A stretch of 64,000 nt of DNA from Candidatus Poribacteria bacterium (GCA_965205015.1 OZ242029.1:3584001-3648000); one strand, 5' to 3'. Positions 50,198-60,097 are shown, counted from the first letter of the stretch. Notes: a model not told the origin generated them from the sequence alone. Translations and numbers: made by a program.

Positions 50198-50241
50198 AAT
50201 TCTGAAACCTCATGAAACCGCACCTACCTTGGTTGGGTACG

Positions 50242-50748
50242 TTAGATCCCCATTCGGAGGGCGACGGCGGCGAGGAGGATGAGTAGGGATACGACTCCCA
50301 TCAGGCTCGATATGACTGACATCTGGGAACGGAGCAGCTTCAGTGCCGGCGGGAGTTCTTCAAGTGTTGGGTCCAAATTCTCAACTGCTGCGGCGAGTCG
50401 GGGTGCGAATATCATACTGTGCAATACCGTGAGGATAACCAACAGAAAGAAAAGTCCGATTTTGATGATGAATGTTCGCATAAACGCACTGGAAATCGGG
50501 GCGAGGGAGGTGAGGTCAAGGGCATCGAAGAGATTAACAAGGCCTGTGAAAAATAGGATACCGATACATCCCCATACGATAGGCTCAAAACGTTTCCCGA
50601 TTTGCGTCAAAAGCTGGATACGCTGGACAGGGGGCAGGTTTTGTCTGAAATGCGGAACGATCACCATCGCTAAAATCATGTTGCCGCCGATCCATACGAC
50701 AGCGGCGATAACGTGTAGCCAACGAGCTAAAAGCCAAAATATATCCAT
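50242..50748 (-). CDS. CopD/DUF4149-like 4-TM membrane protein
   Basis: 'RWLHVIAAVVWIGG', 'TG', 'K..L..H'. Confidence 0.7.
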   Translation of the reverse strand: MDIFWLLARWLHVIAAVVWIGGNMILAMVIVPHFRQNLPPVQRIQLLTQIGKRFEPIVWGCIGILFFTGLVNLFDALDLTSLAPISSAFMRTFIIKIGLFFLLVILTVLHSMIFAPRLAAAVENLDPTLEELPPALKLLRSQMSVISSLMGVVSLLILLAAVALRMGI

Positions 50749-50773
50749 TTTTTTATGACTCCTTTATCAGTTG

Positions 50774-52564
50774 TCAGTTGAGTGTTGGGTTTCGATGGGT
50801 TTCAATATTGTTGATAACTGTATCGGCGCGGGCAATTAATGTGTTTCGTTCATCTACAGATAACGGCACAGGCGCGAATCGGTGGTAATCACACTTGGTG
50901 AGAAGATCGATGAGTTCATCAAGAACAGATTCGGGGATTCCGACGTGTGTGCATACTTGGCGTGCTGTGTCGATATTCCGTTGTGCCAAGTCGCATGTAT
51001 CCTCAAGATACTGATAAAGCACTTGGGCGAGTGCGTTGGCGAACGACGTCGCATTTTCTGTGGTGTGGCTATTTGCGAGTGCTGCAAGTGCCTCGCGTGC
51101 TTGTGAAGCGGGTGTTACGGGTTCTGTCTCGGTCTCTTGTGTTTTTCGCTTCCCGAGTCCACCCATATTGCGTGTGCCTGTTCCGGTCTCAGTGGATGAC
51201 TTCCTTCGCGTCGGTATCGCAAACCCAGTGCGATACCAGAGATACCCGCCTATTCCCAATGCTACTATCAGAATTGCCGAGAGGATTAACCAACGTAACC
51301 ATGGTGAACTACCGGTCTCATCTTCAGCGGGATCGTTTGGGTGGGGACGCACGGAAACAGGGATAGGGGTGGTCTGCGTCGTTGCATAAACCCCGCGGGT
51401 CGGATCGAAATAGGCGTATGCGATGGCGGGGATGCGGAATATCCCCCTTCTGGCAGCGGTTAGGGTGTATACGTACCCCCGGCTTGTTGGTGTCACTTCA
51501 AACGGATTGGGTCTGCTCACCATGACGCCTGCAATTGCTGGCAGCGTCGGGGGTGTGACTGTCTGGATGTTGCCGTGTCCGGAGATACGGACGGTGAGCG
51601 TGAGCGCGCGTCCGGCTTCAATCCAACCCCGCTCAATTTCAGCAGAAATTTGATATTCACCGATAGCACCGTTGAAGTGAGGCGGTCTGCCTATTTCGGG
51701 AATCGGTTGCACTGTCAAGGTCAACGGTTTGGTTTTTAAGGTTCTGCGTCCTTGCGGGAGGGGTAGGAACAGTTCAGCAGGTGCGATAATGATCTGTCCG
51801 GTTTTCTTTGGGTATAATTTATGTGTGTATTCTTCGACCCAAAATGTCCGCCCGCGAATTTGCTGTGTATAGGTCTGAGACTTTTGAAGTTTCTCAACGA
51901 GGAAGTCCCGGAAGGTCGGGAGTCGGGGAGTTGGGGACTCGCGAGTCGGGAGGACTGTCGTGTAGAGGTGTCGGAAGGTATACGTAAATGGTGCGTTGAG
52001 GTAGGGCTGCGCGGTATTGACCTCTGCTTCAACTTGATGGATCGCGTTGGTTGAGACATCTACGTATGTATCGGTACCGCTCACGCGAATCGAACCCGGA
52101 TTTGCGAAGTACGGGGTGCCTTGATAGGCGAGACGGATGTCGGATAGCGTAAAGTCGCCGATCGCTTGCGGGATCAATTCATAAGCCCACGCCATAGAAA
52201 CCGCAATCTTGTTTGTTTCTAATCGTGGTGTGGTTTCGGAATGCAGTGGCACTGCAAGGAACGCCGGTAGGAAATTGAACTGCGGTGCTTCAACATGCTT
52301 GATGTGTGCCTTCCCTGAAAGTGTGAGGTCCAACCGCGCTTTCTCTCCGAATTGGATGTGACGCGGATTCACTACGGCAGCGACATGAATCTCTTGGCTG
52401 TGTGCCGCTGTTACAAGAAAGATGAAAATGATGCCGACGAAAAAAAATGGGAGAAGGGGATGGAAGGATGGAAGAAGGGAAGGATGGAGGATCCACGCTT
52501 CCAACCTTCCAACCTTCCAACCAAGAATCTTTCCATCCTTCTGAAGTTTACCAATCCTTTTCAC
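50774..52564 (-). CDS. BatD-like protein
   Basis: 'FNGAIGEY', 'ISGHGNI', 'IPAIAYAYFDP..Y', C-terminal TM, 'CDYHRFAP'. Start taken as GTG52564 (uncertain). Confidence 0.78.
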   Translation of the reverse strand: MKRIGKLQKDGKILGWKVGRLEAWILHPSLLPSFHPLLPFFFVGIIFIFLVTAAHSQEIHVAAVVNPRHIQFGEKARLDLTLSGKAHIKHVEAPQFNFLPAFLAVPLHSETTPRLETNKIAVSMAWAYELIPQAIGDFTLSDIRLAYQGTPYFANPGSIRVSGTDTYVDVSTNAIHQVEAEVNTAQPYLNAPFTYTFRHLYTTVLPTRESPTPRLPTFRDFLVEKLQKSQTYTQQIRGRTFWVEEYTHKLYPKKTGQIIIAPAELFLPLPQGRRTLKTKPLTLTVQPIPEIGRPPHFNGAIGEYQISAEIERGWIEAGRALTLTVRISGHGNIQTVTPPTLPAIAGVMVSRPNPFEVTPTSRGYVYTLTAARRGIFRIPAIAYAYFDPTRGVYATTQTTPIPVSVRPHPNDPAEDETGSSPWLRWLILSAILIVALGIGGYLWYRTGFAIPTRRKSSTETGTGTRNMGGLGKRKTQETETEPVTPASQAREALAALANSHTTENATSFANALAQVLYQYLEDTCDLAQRNIDTARQVCTHVGIPESVLDELIDLLTKCDYHRFAPVPLSVDERNTLIARADTVINNIETHRNPTLN

Positions 52565-53177
52565 GCCGATATCCGCTTTTGCGTTGTTGTTGCAGTAATT
52601 TTTGCCGTAGTCTGTTTTCATTCTCACTGAAACGTTCTAAGTGCCGAAGGGCTTCCGCTTTGCCAACGTCGTTCGGCTCGGTTTTCGGTGCGGGGTTTCT
52701 CTTTGCTTGCTGTTGTGCGAGGTCTTCCTGCTGTTTTAAAAGTTGACGCGCCACTGCAAGATTGTGTTGTGCGTCAGTATCTTGCGGGTCCAAGCGAAGT
52801 GCTTGCTGATAAGCGTCAATTGCACTCGTAAGGTCGCCGACTTTAAATTGGGCGTTTCCTAAGTTATACAGGATGCTTGATCGATTGAGAATATCTTCGG
52901 TTTGTTCGAAATGTCTTGATAGCGATGTCTGAAATGTCCGTGCCGCCTCTTGAAACCTACCTTGTTTATAGAGGGCAGTCCCCAGGTTATAGTGTGCAAC
53001 CGGATTGTCAGGTTTTTCAAGCGTTGCCTGTTGAAAAGCGGCTCGTGCTTCGTCGTAGTTTCCGCGCACATAAGCTTCGTTTCCAGCCTTCATGACGCGG
53101 GTCCAACCGCCTATCCACCCAACGAGGGCAATAACGAAAACAGTCGTAAACGAGCAACAGAGCATTTTGTTCAACAT
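52548..53177 (-). CDS. TPR protein, BatC-like
   Basis: 'HYNLGTALY', 'YNLGNAQF', 'AQHNL', terminal 'EKDW'. Confidence 0.82.
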   Translation of the reverse strand: MLNKMLCCSFTTVFVIALVGWIGGWTRVMKAGNEAYVRGNYDEARAAFQQATLEKPDNPVAHYNLGTALYKQGRFQEAARTFQTSLSRHFEQTEDILNRSSILYNLGNAQFKVGDLTSAIDAYQQALRLDPQDTDAQHNLAVARQLLKQQEDLAQQQAKRNPAPKTEPNDVGKAEALRHLERFSENENRLRQKLLQQQRKSGYRREKDW

Positions 53178-53247
53178 GTTTTTATTGTAACAGATATTTT
53201 GGGGATTTGCAAGCAAATGCGAATGGCAATCAGCAGTAGGAGAAAAT

Positions 53248-53274
53248 AAAAAAGGCGCGCTGAGAGAGCGCGCC
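53248..53274 (-). terminator. Intrinsic terminator
   Basis: GGCGCGCT/AGCGCGCC stem followed by a T-run on the minus strand. Confidence 0.7.
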
Positions 53275-53294
53275 CACGACAATAGCAATAGGTC

Positions 53295-54131
53295 TTATTG
53301 GCGTTTGATATCTGCCCAGATTGTTGTCAACTTCCCAGCGGGTTCGACGGAGACAACCAGCGGTTGGATTTCATCGAAGAAGCTCTGCTTGTCGGTTGCA
53401 TCTTTCGGGTAGATAGTAACGGCATCGTGCGTTGCATCGTCAAAGTGCAAGTTGAGATAAGCAGCACCCCCGGATTCACCGCACCGGTAGAGCAGGACGT
53501 TGGCACCTTTTTGCAATTCAACTTCAACAGTGTGAAGAATCGTTCGTGCGGCACCCGTCCACCGGGTATTGTTGTACCATTTTTCACCGTTAATCCAGAT
53601 CTGTGCCCAATCATCGTGCGCTGGGGACATCACAGCTGTCATGTCATCCGGTGAATCAATAACGCACATCACATAGGTATCGATGTTATCAGCGGGACCG
53701 CCACGGTTCATATTGTTGTCGTCCGCGACATCAAGTTCAAAGACCGTCCATGCCCGGTCTCCACCGTGGTCGTCTCCCCATGCCATATCGATGTCTTGGG
53801 TCATGAGCAAACCGTCAAGCGTCGAAAGTGAGACTTGATTCAGTTTTCCGCCGCTGCCTTCCTCGATGAAGTCCATCGGACCGGAGACTTGGAAGGTTCC
53901 ATTGTTTTCATAGTTTCCCTCGGGTCCGTACCATTTACCGATCCACGTATCAACACCACTGTCATCTTGTCTAAGGTTGTCACCGTTGGGTTCTGGATCT
54001 TCTAAGAGCATGTCTTCCGCCAGAGGACCACCGGTAATCGCGTTTGCTTGTGCAAATACAAGTTGTGAACCACTAATAATGAGTGTGAATACAATCGCGA
54101 TTGCGAGTGTAAAGGTATAAAATCTTTTCAT
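53295..54131 (-). CDS. Secreted hypothetical protein, paralogue C (PA14-like beta-sandwich)
   Basis: Signal peptide; 'SPAHDDWAQIWINGEKWY'; tail VEPAGKLTTIWADIK. Confidence 0.78.
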   Translation of the reverse strand: MKRFYTFTLAIAIVFTLIISGSQLVFAQANAITGGPLAEDMLLEDPEPNGDNLRQDDSGVDTWIGKWYGPEGNYENNGTFQVSGPMDFIEEGSGGKLNQVSLSTLDGLLMTQDIDMAWGDDHGGDRAWTVFELDVADDNNMNRGGPADNIDTYVMCVIDSPDDMTAVMSPAHDDWAQIWINGEKWYNNTRWTGAARTILHTVEVELQKGANVLLYRCGESGGAAYLNLHFDDATHDAVTIYPKDATDKQSFFDEIQPLVVSVEPAGKLTTIWADIKRQ

Positions 54132-54262
54132 TCTGTATCTTACATCCTTTTTTAGATTTAGAGATTAAAAACTAAAGCGATTAGGCGGCGTTATGGTGCC
54201 TCCTAAGATACTTTAACAGGTTATAAACGCTGAAATTGCGTTCGAGACTACAACTTATAATT

Positions 54263-54291
54263 ATTATAACACATAGACATAAATTTGTCAA
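54263..54291 (-). promoter_or_regulatory. Consensus sigma70 promoter
   Basis: TTGACA-N17-TATAAT; the -35 overlaps the upstream gene's TGA. Confidence 0.8.
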
Positions 54292-54761
54292 GGTTTCAAT
54301 ACACGTGCAGCACCAAATTTATCGACTATGTAAGCAACACCGTCACCCTCAGATATACCTAAGAGAACCCTTGCATTTCCATCAGGGGCGAACAGTGAGA
54401 GGACCCCGCCCCCCTCGTTCACCATGAGAGACGCACCGGTTTTCTCCTTTGATCCCTGCGTTGTCACAACGCCATTGCCTTCCGCAACCAAAAGCGAAGC
54501 GGCACCGACTCCCTTTGGACCGTAAGTTACCACACGTCCGCCATTTCTGTCCCAAGAGATATGAACTCGGGGGTCCATATCATCACCCATGATCCTTATA
54601 TCCTTACGGACGATGAGTTCTCCGACGGTCAGTTTATCGATCGTTTCATATCCAAACTGTGCTTCTGTATTGTTGTTTGTGTTCCCTAACATAAAACCAG
54701 CGAGGGTCAGCAATCCCCCGAAAACCATATATTTCAACTTTTCAGGCGCTCTCAATTTCAT
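54288..54761 (-). CDS. Hypothetical exported protein with Gly-rich beta repeats
   Basis: AGGAG RBS, N-terminal hydrophobic segment, repeated 'G.V..' strands. Confidence 0.7.
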   Translation of the reverse strand: MKLRAPEKLKYMVFGGLLTLAGFMLGNTNNNTEAQFGYETIDKLTVGELIVRKDIRIMGDDMDPRVHISWDRNGGRVVTYGPKGVGAASLLVAEGNGVVTTQGSKEKTGASLMVNEGGGVLSLFAPDGNARVLLGISEGDGVAYIVDKFGAARVLKP

Positions 54762-54918
54762 TGAATTCTCCTTGTGAAAAAAATGCGAGAATGCCTTCAG
54801 AAAGGATTCTTTTTTGGCATTCTTGGTGTTATGTTAGGCATGAGGTGTCAGCAGTCGGGATTCGGAGATCCTTCCTACAGAGTTTATCAGGAGTCGGTTA
54901 TTCGGAAAAGAGAGCAAG

Positions 54919-54954
54919 AAAAAGCCCTCGTCTGAAAAGCGTAGACAAGGGCTT
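54919..54954 (-). terminator. Intrinsic terminator
   Basis: AAGCCCT.GTCT/AGAC.AGGGCTT stem followed by a T-run. Confidence 0.6.
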
Positions 54955-54961
54955 ATGTTTC

Positions 54962-55807
54962 CTACTGGCTGCGCTTAATATCTGCCCAGATACTTGTCAA
55001 CTTTCCAGCAGGATCGACTGCAAGAGCACGAGAGGCTTCGCTGAAGAAACTTTTCTGGTCTTTCGCCTTGTCTGGATAGATTTGGCATAGCCTGTGCGTG
55101 TCTGAGTCAAAGTGCAAGTTGAGGTATGCGGCACCGCCGGATTCACCACACCGGTAAAGCACAACATTCCCGCCTTTCACCAAGTCGACTTCAATGTTGT
55201 AGTGCACGATCTGTGCGCCCCCTGTCCAGGTCCGGTCGTTGTACCACTTTTCACCATTGACCCAAATCTGTGCCCAATCGTCGTGTGCCGGAGAAAAGAT
55301 AGATTTCATATCTTTGGGCGCCTCAATCACACACATCACATACGTATCAATGTTATCGGCGGGACCATCTCTATTCATATTATCTTGATTTGCGACTTCA
55401 AGTTCAAAGACATCCCACTCTCGGGTACCGCCGTTCTTCTTAGCCCATTCCATTTTAACGGTCTGCGTCAGTTTCAAACCTGCGATCGTCGAAAGTTTGG
55501 GTTCCGTCAGTTTACCCTTGGTGCCTTCGTCGATCAAGTCTCTCAGCCCGGAAACTTGGAAGGTTCCATTGTTTTCGTAGTTGCCATCGGGCCCGTACCA
55601 CTTACTGATCCAATCTTTAACATCGGCGTGGTTCTCGGCCAACCCTGCGCCGTTTTCGACATCGGCCTCCTGGCGCCAATCTTTCTCCGGTATCGGACCG
55701 CCTTTGATATTGACTTTGTGCTTCTGTGCGAATGCGAGGTGCGAACTACTCACAACCAGCGCAAAAATAATGGCGATCGCAAGCGTAAGTTGATACACTC
55801 TGTTCAT
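54962..55807 (-). CDS. Secreted hypothetical protein, paralogue B
   Basis: GGAGG RBS before MNRVYQ; same motifs as paralogue C; tail AVDPAGKLTSIWADIK. Confidence 0.78.
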   Translation of the reverse strand: MNRVYQLTLAIAIIFALVVSSSHLAFAQKHKVNIKGGPIPEKDWRQEADVENGAGLAENHADVKDWISKWYGPDGNYENNGTFQVSGLRDLIDEGTKGKLTEPKLSTIAGLKLTQTVKMEWAKKNGGTREWDVFELEVANQDNMNRDGPADNIDTYVMCVIEAPKDMKSIFSPAHDDWAQIWVNGEKWYNDRTWTGGAQIVHYNIEVDLVKGGNVVLYRCGESGGAAYLNLHFDSDTHRLCQIYPDKAKDQKSFFSEASRALAVDPAGKLTSIWADIKRSQ

Positions 55808-55921
55808 TTTTATCTCCTCCATAACGGATAAATTGTTAAAAGCACTGGGTCAAACGACAGTGTAACCCAGATTCGTTCATAGGTTGCGTAATGTTGAACC
55901 AGTCTAACATTACAATTTGGT

Positions 55922-55950
55922 AACATAACATTTATAGCAAAATTTGTCAA
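55922..55950 (-). promoter_or_regulatory. sigma70 promoter
   Basis: TTGACA-N17-TATGTT with TG. Confidence 0.6.
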
Positions 55951-56094
55951 GAAAATGTTAAATAAAATATTAAAAATACCATCAGAATCAGGATTTTCAG
56001 GATTATGAAGGGATTGGGACTAATTCTACAGGTGCGGTGTTTTTGATTAGGTGTTTCCCGTAGGAAACCGCACCTCTCCTATAGGGGTAAACTG

Positions 56095-56141
56095 AAAAAA
56101 TATGGCGGATCGTAGGACACGGTCGCCCTGCAATCCGCCAT
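56095..56141 (-). terminator. Intrinsic terminator
   Basis: ATGGCGGAT/ATCCGCCAT stem followed by T6. Confidence 0.65.
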
Positions 56142-56188
56142 GTGTAAGGATGGGTTAGAAAACACGTAAATAGAAACGATGCGGTGTT

Positions 56189-57016
56189 CTATTTGCGTTT
56201 AATATCGCCCCACGTTGTTGCCAACTTTCCAACGGGATCCACGTCAAGCGCGCCACGAGCTTCATCGAAAAAGCTCTTCTGGTCTTTCGCTTTGTCCGGG
56301 TAGATGTCAACCGTGTCATGCGTTTTTTCGTCAAAGTGCAAGTTCATATACGCATCACCGCCGGATTCACCACACCGATAGAGGACGACATTCCCGCCTT
56401 TTTGCAATTCAACTTCAATGTTGTAATCGACCTGCTGGGCGGCACCCGTCCACAGAGAGTTATTGTACCACTTCTCGCCGTTGATCCAAATTTGGGCGTG
56501 GTCGTCGTGGGCAGGCGACATCACGGACTTCATTGCCTGGGGTGCCTTAATAACGATAATACCGTAGGTATCAATCGAATCCCCGGGACCGCCTCTGTTC
56601 ATGTGGTGCGAGTCCGCAGGATCAATTTCAAAGATTTCCCATCCTCGCGGTCCGCCATGTCCCTTATCCCAGCCGACATCAACGGTGAGCGTCAACTTCA
56701 AACCTTCAATGGTCGAAAGTTTAGGTTGCGTGAGTTTACCGTTGGTGCCTTCATCAATAAGGTCTTTTGGAGCCGAAGCGGGGAACCCACCGTTGTTTTC
56801 GTAGTTGCCATCGGGTCCGTAATACTTCGTGATCCAATTTTTGTTATCTGAATGGTCTTCGTTCAGTGCGGCTTCGGCTGGATTTTTGAGCCAATCTGCC
56901 TCTTTTAGAGGACCCCCTTTAATGTTGACCTTCTGTGCGAGTGCAAGGTGCGAAAGGCTCACAATCAGCGCGAACATAATCGCTGTCGCGAGCGTGAACT
57001 GATAAAACTTTTTCAT
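56189..57016 (-). CDS. Secreted hypothetical protein, paralogue A
   Basis: Same motifs as paralogues B and C; tail VDPVGKLATTWGDIK. Confidence 0.78.
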   Translation of the reverse strand: MKKFYQFTLATAIMFALIVSLSHLALAQKVNIKGGPLKEADWLKNPAEAALNEDHSDNKNWITKYYGPDGNYENNGGFPASAPKDLIDEGTNGKLTQPKLSTIEGLKLTLTVDVGWDKGHGGPRGWEIFEIDPADSHHMNRGGPGDSIDTYGIIVIKAPQAMKSVMSPAHDDHAQIWINGEKWYNNSLWTGAAQQVDYNIEVELQKGGNVVLYRCGESGGDAYMNLHFDEKTHDTVDIYPDKAKDQKSFFDEARGALDVDPVGKLATTWGDIKRK

Positions 57017-57148
57017 TGAAATTTGCCTCCTTTAGATAGACAATTCACACGACAGTCCAGGCACTGGTAGCCTGTCTGTTTCGCTAAAAAGTTAAGTGAA
57101 TCTCAATATTCAATCTGGATTCACTAAGAAAATCACGCGTTATCTATC

Positions 57149-57177
57149 ATTGTAAATTTTTAACGAAAATTTGTCAA
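57149..57177 (-). promoter_or_regulatory. sigma70 promoter
   Basis: TTGACA-N17-TACAAT. Confidence 0.7.
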
Positions 57178-57227
57178 GTGTTAATTGTCGGAATTTAGGG
57201 ACATTCAGTTTAAGGTTGCGGCGTGTG

Positions 57228-59042
57228 TTATGGATACGCATTGAGTGCCGATTGCCATTTGGTGAGTTGCGCGACGCGCTGCTGCGCATCCGCTGGTATT
57301 TCAAGGGGTCTGCCGCGAGTGTCAACGACCAATCCGACGACACCTCCTATGACCTCCGATTCAACGACTTGTCCATTCCCTGCACCGACATCGAACCGCC
57401 GCGAAGGCTGGAGTTTCACTGTTGCCTTTTCACCCAATGACAGCGGATAGAGACGGAGGTCGCCGTAGGGGACATCCTCGGCGATGGGTGGGTTGCCAGC
57501 GATACTGATTTCAATCGAAAGACAGACTTCACCTACCTTTGCGACGCCGACTGGTGCTATCGCGGTGCCTAAATGAATGAGGCAATCCCGTTCAAAGACT
57601 TGCGTCGCCGCTTCGGGGTTGACCTGCGCCAAAACACCGAGTTGTGGCATCATGAAGATACTATCAACGGCGAGATGGGTTATGCCTTCAGGTTGAAAAG
57701 CATCTATCATCATGAGCATGGCTTGCTGACGCCGGGGTGCGTGTGATAAGACACCCCCACTTCCGACGAGCATATCCAAGGAGAGCATATCAACGAGGGT
57801 TTGACCGCTTTCGGCTTGATCGAAGGCTTCAGAGATCGTCCGTTGTTGCTGGACCCCACGCAATTCTACGGCGAGTTGTTTGTGTTGTTCAAAAGCGAGT
57901 CGGAGTGCCTCACGCGCGATTGCTTGTTCGAGAATTAGCTCTTGCAACGTTTGTGGGATTGTGGTCGGACGAATCATTTTGTTTTTGATGCGGTTGCGGA
58001 GGTCGCCGACCTCAATATCAAACGGAACCCAACGGAGAACGTTTTCTAAGCCGGCTTCAGCGAGGACGTTGGAGACACTGTAACTCATACCGAGATTGGC
58101 ACTCACAGTGCGATTAAAGATGGGTTCCCCTTCTCTGTTTTTAAAGACGGAAAACACATCCGTCGTCGCGCCCCCGATGTCAACACCGACGACTTCGATA
58201 TCTTGTTGTGCGGAGACGGTCTGAATTATCTCACCGACTGCTCCAGGGGTCGGCATAATGGGTGCGTCTGTCCAGTCGATGAGTTTCCTGTAACCGGGTG
58301 CGTGTGCCATGACGTGTTCGAGGAATTGGTCCTGAATCTTGTGGCGTGTCGGCATGAGGTTTTCACGTTCTAAAACCGGACGGAGGTTGTCCACCATCTC
58401 TAATGCCATGACGTCTTTCAGGCGTTCTTCGATCGATGCGCGAGCGTCTCTGTTCCCGGCATAGATGAGGGGGAGTTCATAGGCGATACCCAACCGCGGT
58501 CTGGGGCGTGCAGCGGCGATGATCTCAGCCAATTCGACGACGTGCGAGGTTGTCCCGCCGTCAACACCCCCAGAAAGGAGGAGCATATCGGGACGTAGAT
58601 GCCGGATCCGTTCAATTTTTTCATGGGGGAGGCGTTTATCGTTGGAAGCAATGACGTCCATAACGATTGCACCAGCGCCGAGCGCGGCACGCTCCGCACT
58701 TTCAGCCGTCAGATTGCGGACGACACCTGCTACCATCATCTGGAGTCCGCCACCGGCACTGCTGGTGGATATGTAGATATCGACGCCTTCATCTCCGCGT
58801 TGGGGTTTGAGGATCACACCGTCATTGAGGAGTTTGCGGCCTGCGAGTTCCTCGACTTCGGTGATGGCATTAATAACACCCGCCGTTACGTCTTCAACAG
58901 GGGCTTCAACCGTGGTAGGTGCCTCACCCCGTACGATGAGTTGGTATTCCTCACCTCTTTTCTCGATTAGAATTGCTTTCGTTGTTGTGCTGCCACAATC
59001 CGTGGCAAGAATAGAGCGGATGGCCTCCGCGGGTTTGTTCAT
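57228..59042 (-). CDS. glmL: GlmL/MutL-like (glutamate mutase accessory) ASKHA ATPase
   Basis: DCGSTTTK, 'SSAGGGL', 'GGVDGG', AGN, MPTP, DIGGATTDVFS, 'RTV..LGM'. Confidence 0.8.
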   Translation of the reverse strand: MNKPAEAIRSILATDCGSTTTKAILIEKRGEEYQLIVRGEAPTTVEAPVEDVTAGVINAITEVEELAGRKLLNDGVILKPQRGDEGVDIYISTSSAGGGLQMMVAGVVRNLTAESAERAALGAGAIVMDVIASNDKRLPHEKIERIRHLRPDMLLLSGGVDGGTTSHVVELAEIIAAARPRPRLGIAYELPLIYAGNRDARASIEERLKDVMALEMVDNLRPVLERENLMPTRHKIQDQFLEHVMAHAPGYRKLIDWTDAPIMPTPGAVGEIIQTVSAQQDIEVVGVDIGGATTDVFSVFKNREGEPIFNRTVSANLGMSYSVSNVLAEAGLENVLRWVPFDIEVGDLRNRIKNKMIRPTTIPQTLQELILEQAIAREALRLAFEQHKQLAVELRGVQQQRTISEAFDQAESGQTLVDMLSLDMLVGSGGVLSHAPRRQQAMLMMIDAFQPEGITHLAVDSIFMMPQLGVLAQVNPEAATQVFERDCLIHLGTAIAPVGVAKVGEVCLSIEISIAGNPPIAEDVPYGDLRLYPLSLGEKATVKLQPSRRFDVGAGNGQVVESEVIGGVVGLVVDTRGRPLEIPADAQQRVAQLTKWQSALNAYP

Positions 59043-59075
59043 GCACTCGATCTCCTGTTTTCAGATTTTAACAGA

Positions 59076-59867
59076 TTAATAGCCTAATTGGCGTAGGTAT
59101 TCGCGGTTCACCGTCATGCGTTCGAGATCTGAACGTTCCTCAACCTGGCCCGGGCATGCGGTAACCCAACGATCATAATTGAGTTCCTCGAGCGTTGACA
59201 TGATTCCGGGGAAATCCATGACAGTGCCAGCACCGACATCTACCCAGTCTACATCGTATGAGTTGCCATCTCCACCCGTGTAGCCTGAATAATCCTGTAG
59301 GTGAACGTAGACGAGGACATCGCTATAACGGCGAATGGATTCAATCGGATCGTAGCCCCAGAGTGCGGAATGCGATACATCTATACACAATTTACACTTT
59401 CGGAGGAGACTCATATATTTTGCCCAGTCGTCGATCGAGTCTACTGTCGTGTTTGTGTGGATATGATAACAGACTTCCAAGCCGTATTGTGATGCGTATT
59501 CCGCCCAGTCTTCGGAGACATCAGCGAGTGCGGCGAGATCGGAATTGTTCACTGGCCGGTCTTGGGGTTTTCCCGCACCCATGAACATGAAGCAATCGGC
59601 TTCAACTTCTGCGGCGAAGTCAATACGCCGTTTGTTGAGTTCCATCTGTTCCGTGTCTTGGTCGATCGGCAGTCCGCGTGCTGTTACGGCGGCGATGGGT
59701 AAATCCACATTGTTGCACACCTGTCGAATGTGTTGCGGCGTGCCGACCCAGTCCAGGGATTGCCGCATCTCCCAACCGTCCCATCCTGCGTCCTTGAGTT
59801 GTGTCAACAATTCCTCAAAATCTGGTGTCTGCCAACGTAATGTACTATATCCAAATTTGAAACCCAT
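59076..59867 (-). CDS. Sugar phosphate isomerase/epimerase (TIM barrel, IolE-like)
   Basis: 'YHIH', 'D.SH', 'VHLQD', 'VGAG..DF'. Confidence 0.82.
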   Translation of the reverse strand: MGFKFGYSTLRWQTPDFEELLTQLKDAGWDGWEMRQSLDWVGTPQHIRQVCNNVDLPIAAVTARGLPIDQDTEQMELNKRRIDFAAEVEADCFMFMGAGKPQDRPVNNSDLAALADVSEDWAEYASQYGLEVCYHIHTNTTVDSIDDWAKYMSLLRKCKLCIDVSHSALWGYDPIESIRRYSDVLVYVHLQDYSGYTGGDGNSYDVDWVDVGAGTVMDFPGIMSTLEELNYDRWVTACPGQVEERSDLERMTVNREYLRQLGY

Positions 59868-59885
59868 AGTGTTTCTCCTTGTTTG

Positions 59886-59975
59886 GCTATCGGTTGTCGG
59901 TTGTCAGCAGTCGGTAAAGAAGTTTCTGATTAAATCAAGGGGCTTTTTACTGATAGCTGATGGCTGACTGCCGAC
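59886..59975. repeat. Heptamer-repeat inverted element
   Basis: (tcggttg/tcagcag)n ... (ctgatRg)n arms. Confidence 0.6.
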
Positions 59976-60097
59976 CCCTATCTAAAATATTGTAGCACAT
60001 TTAAAAATAAATTGCTTGCTATATAACGGTAGCATTTGCTAAACTATATCCGTAAAATTCAGGGATTTTCCGTAATTACCCATTTTAAGGAGAAAAT

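Noticed and set aside
47661-50198. ORFs 47661-48119 and 49962-50198 sharing the peptide NYSRVNNYL..FTYF
   Set aside because: The shared peptide is simply the translated MITE.
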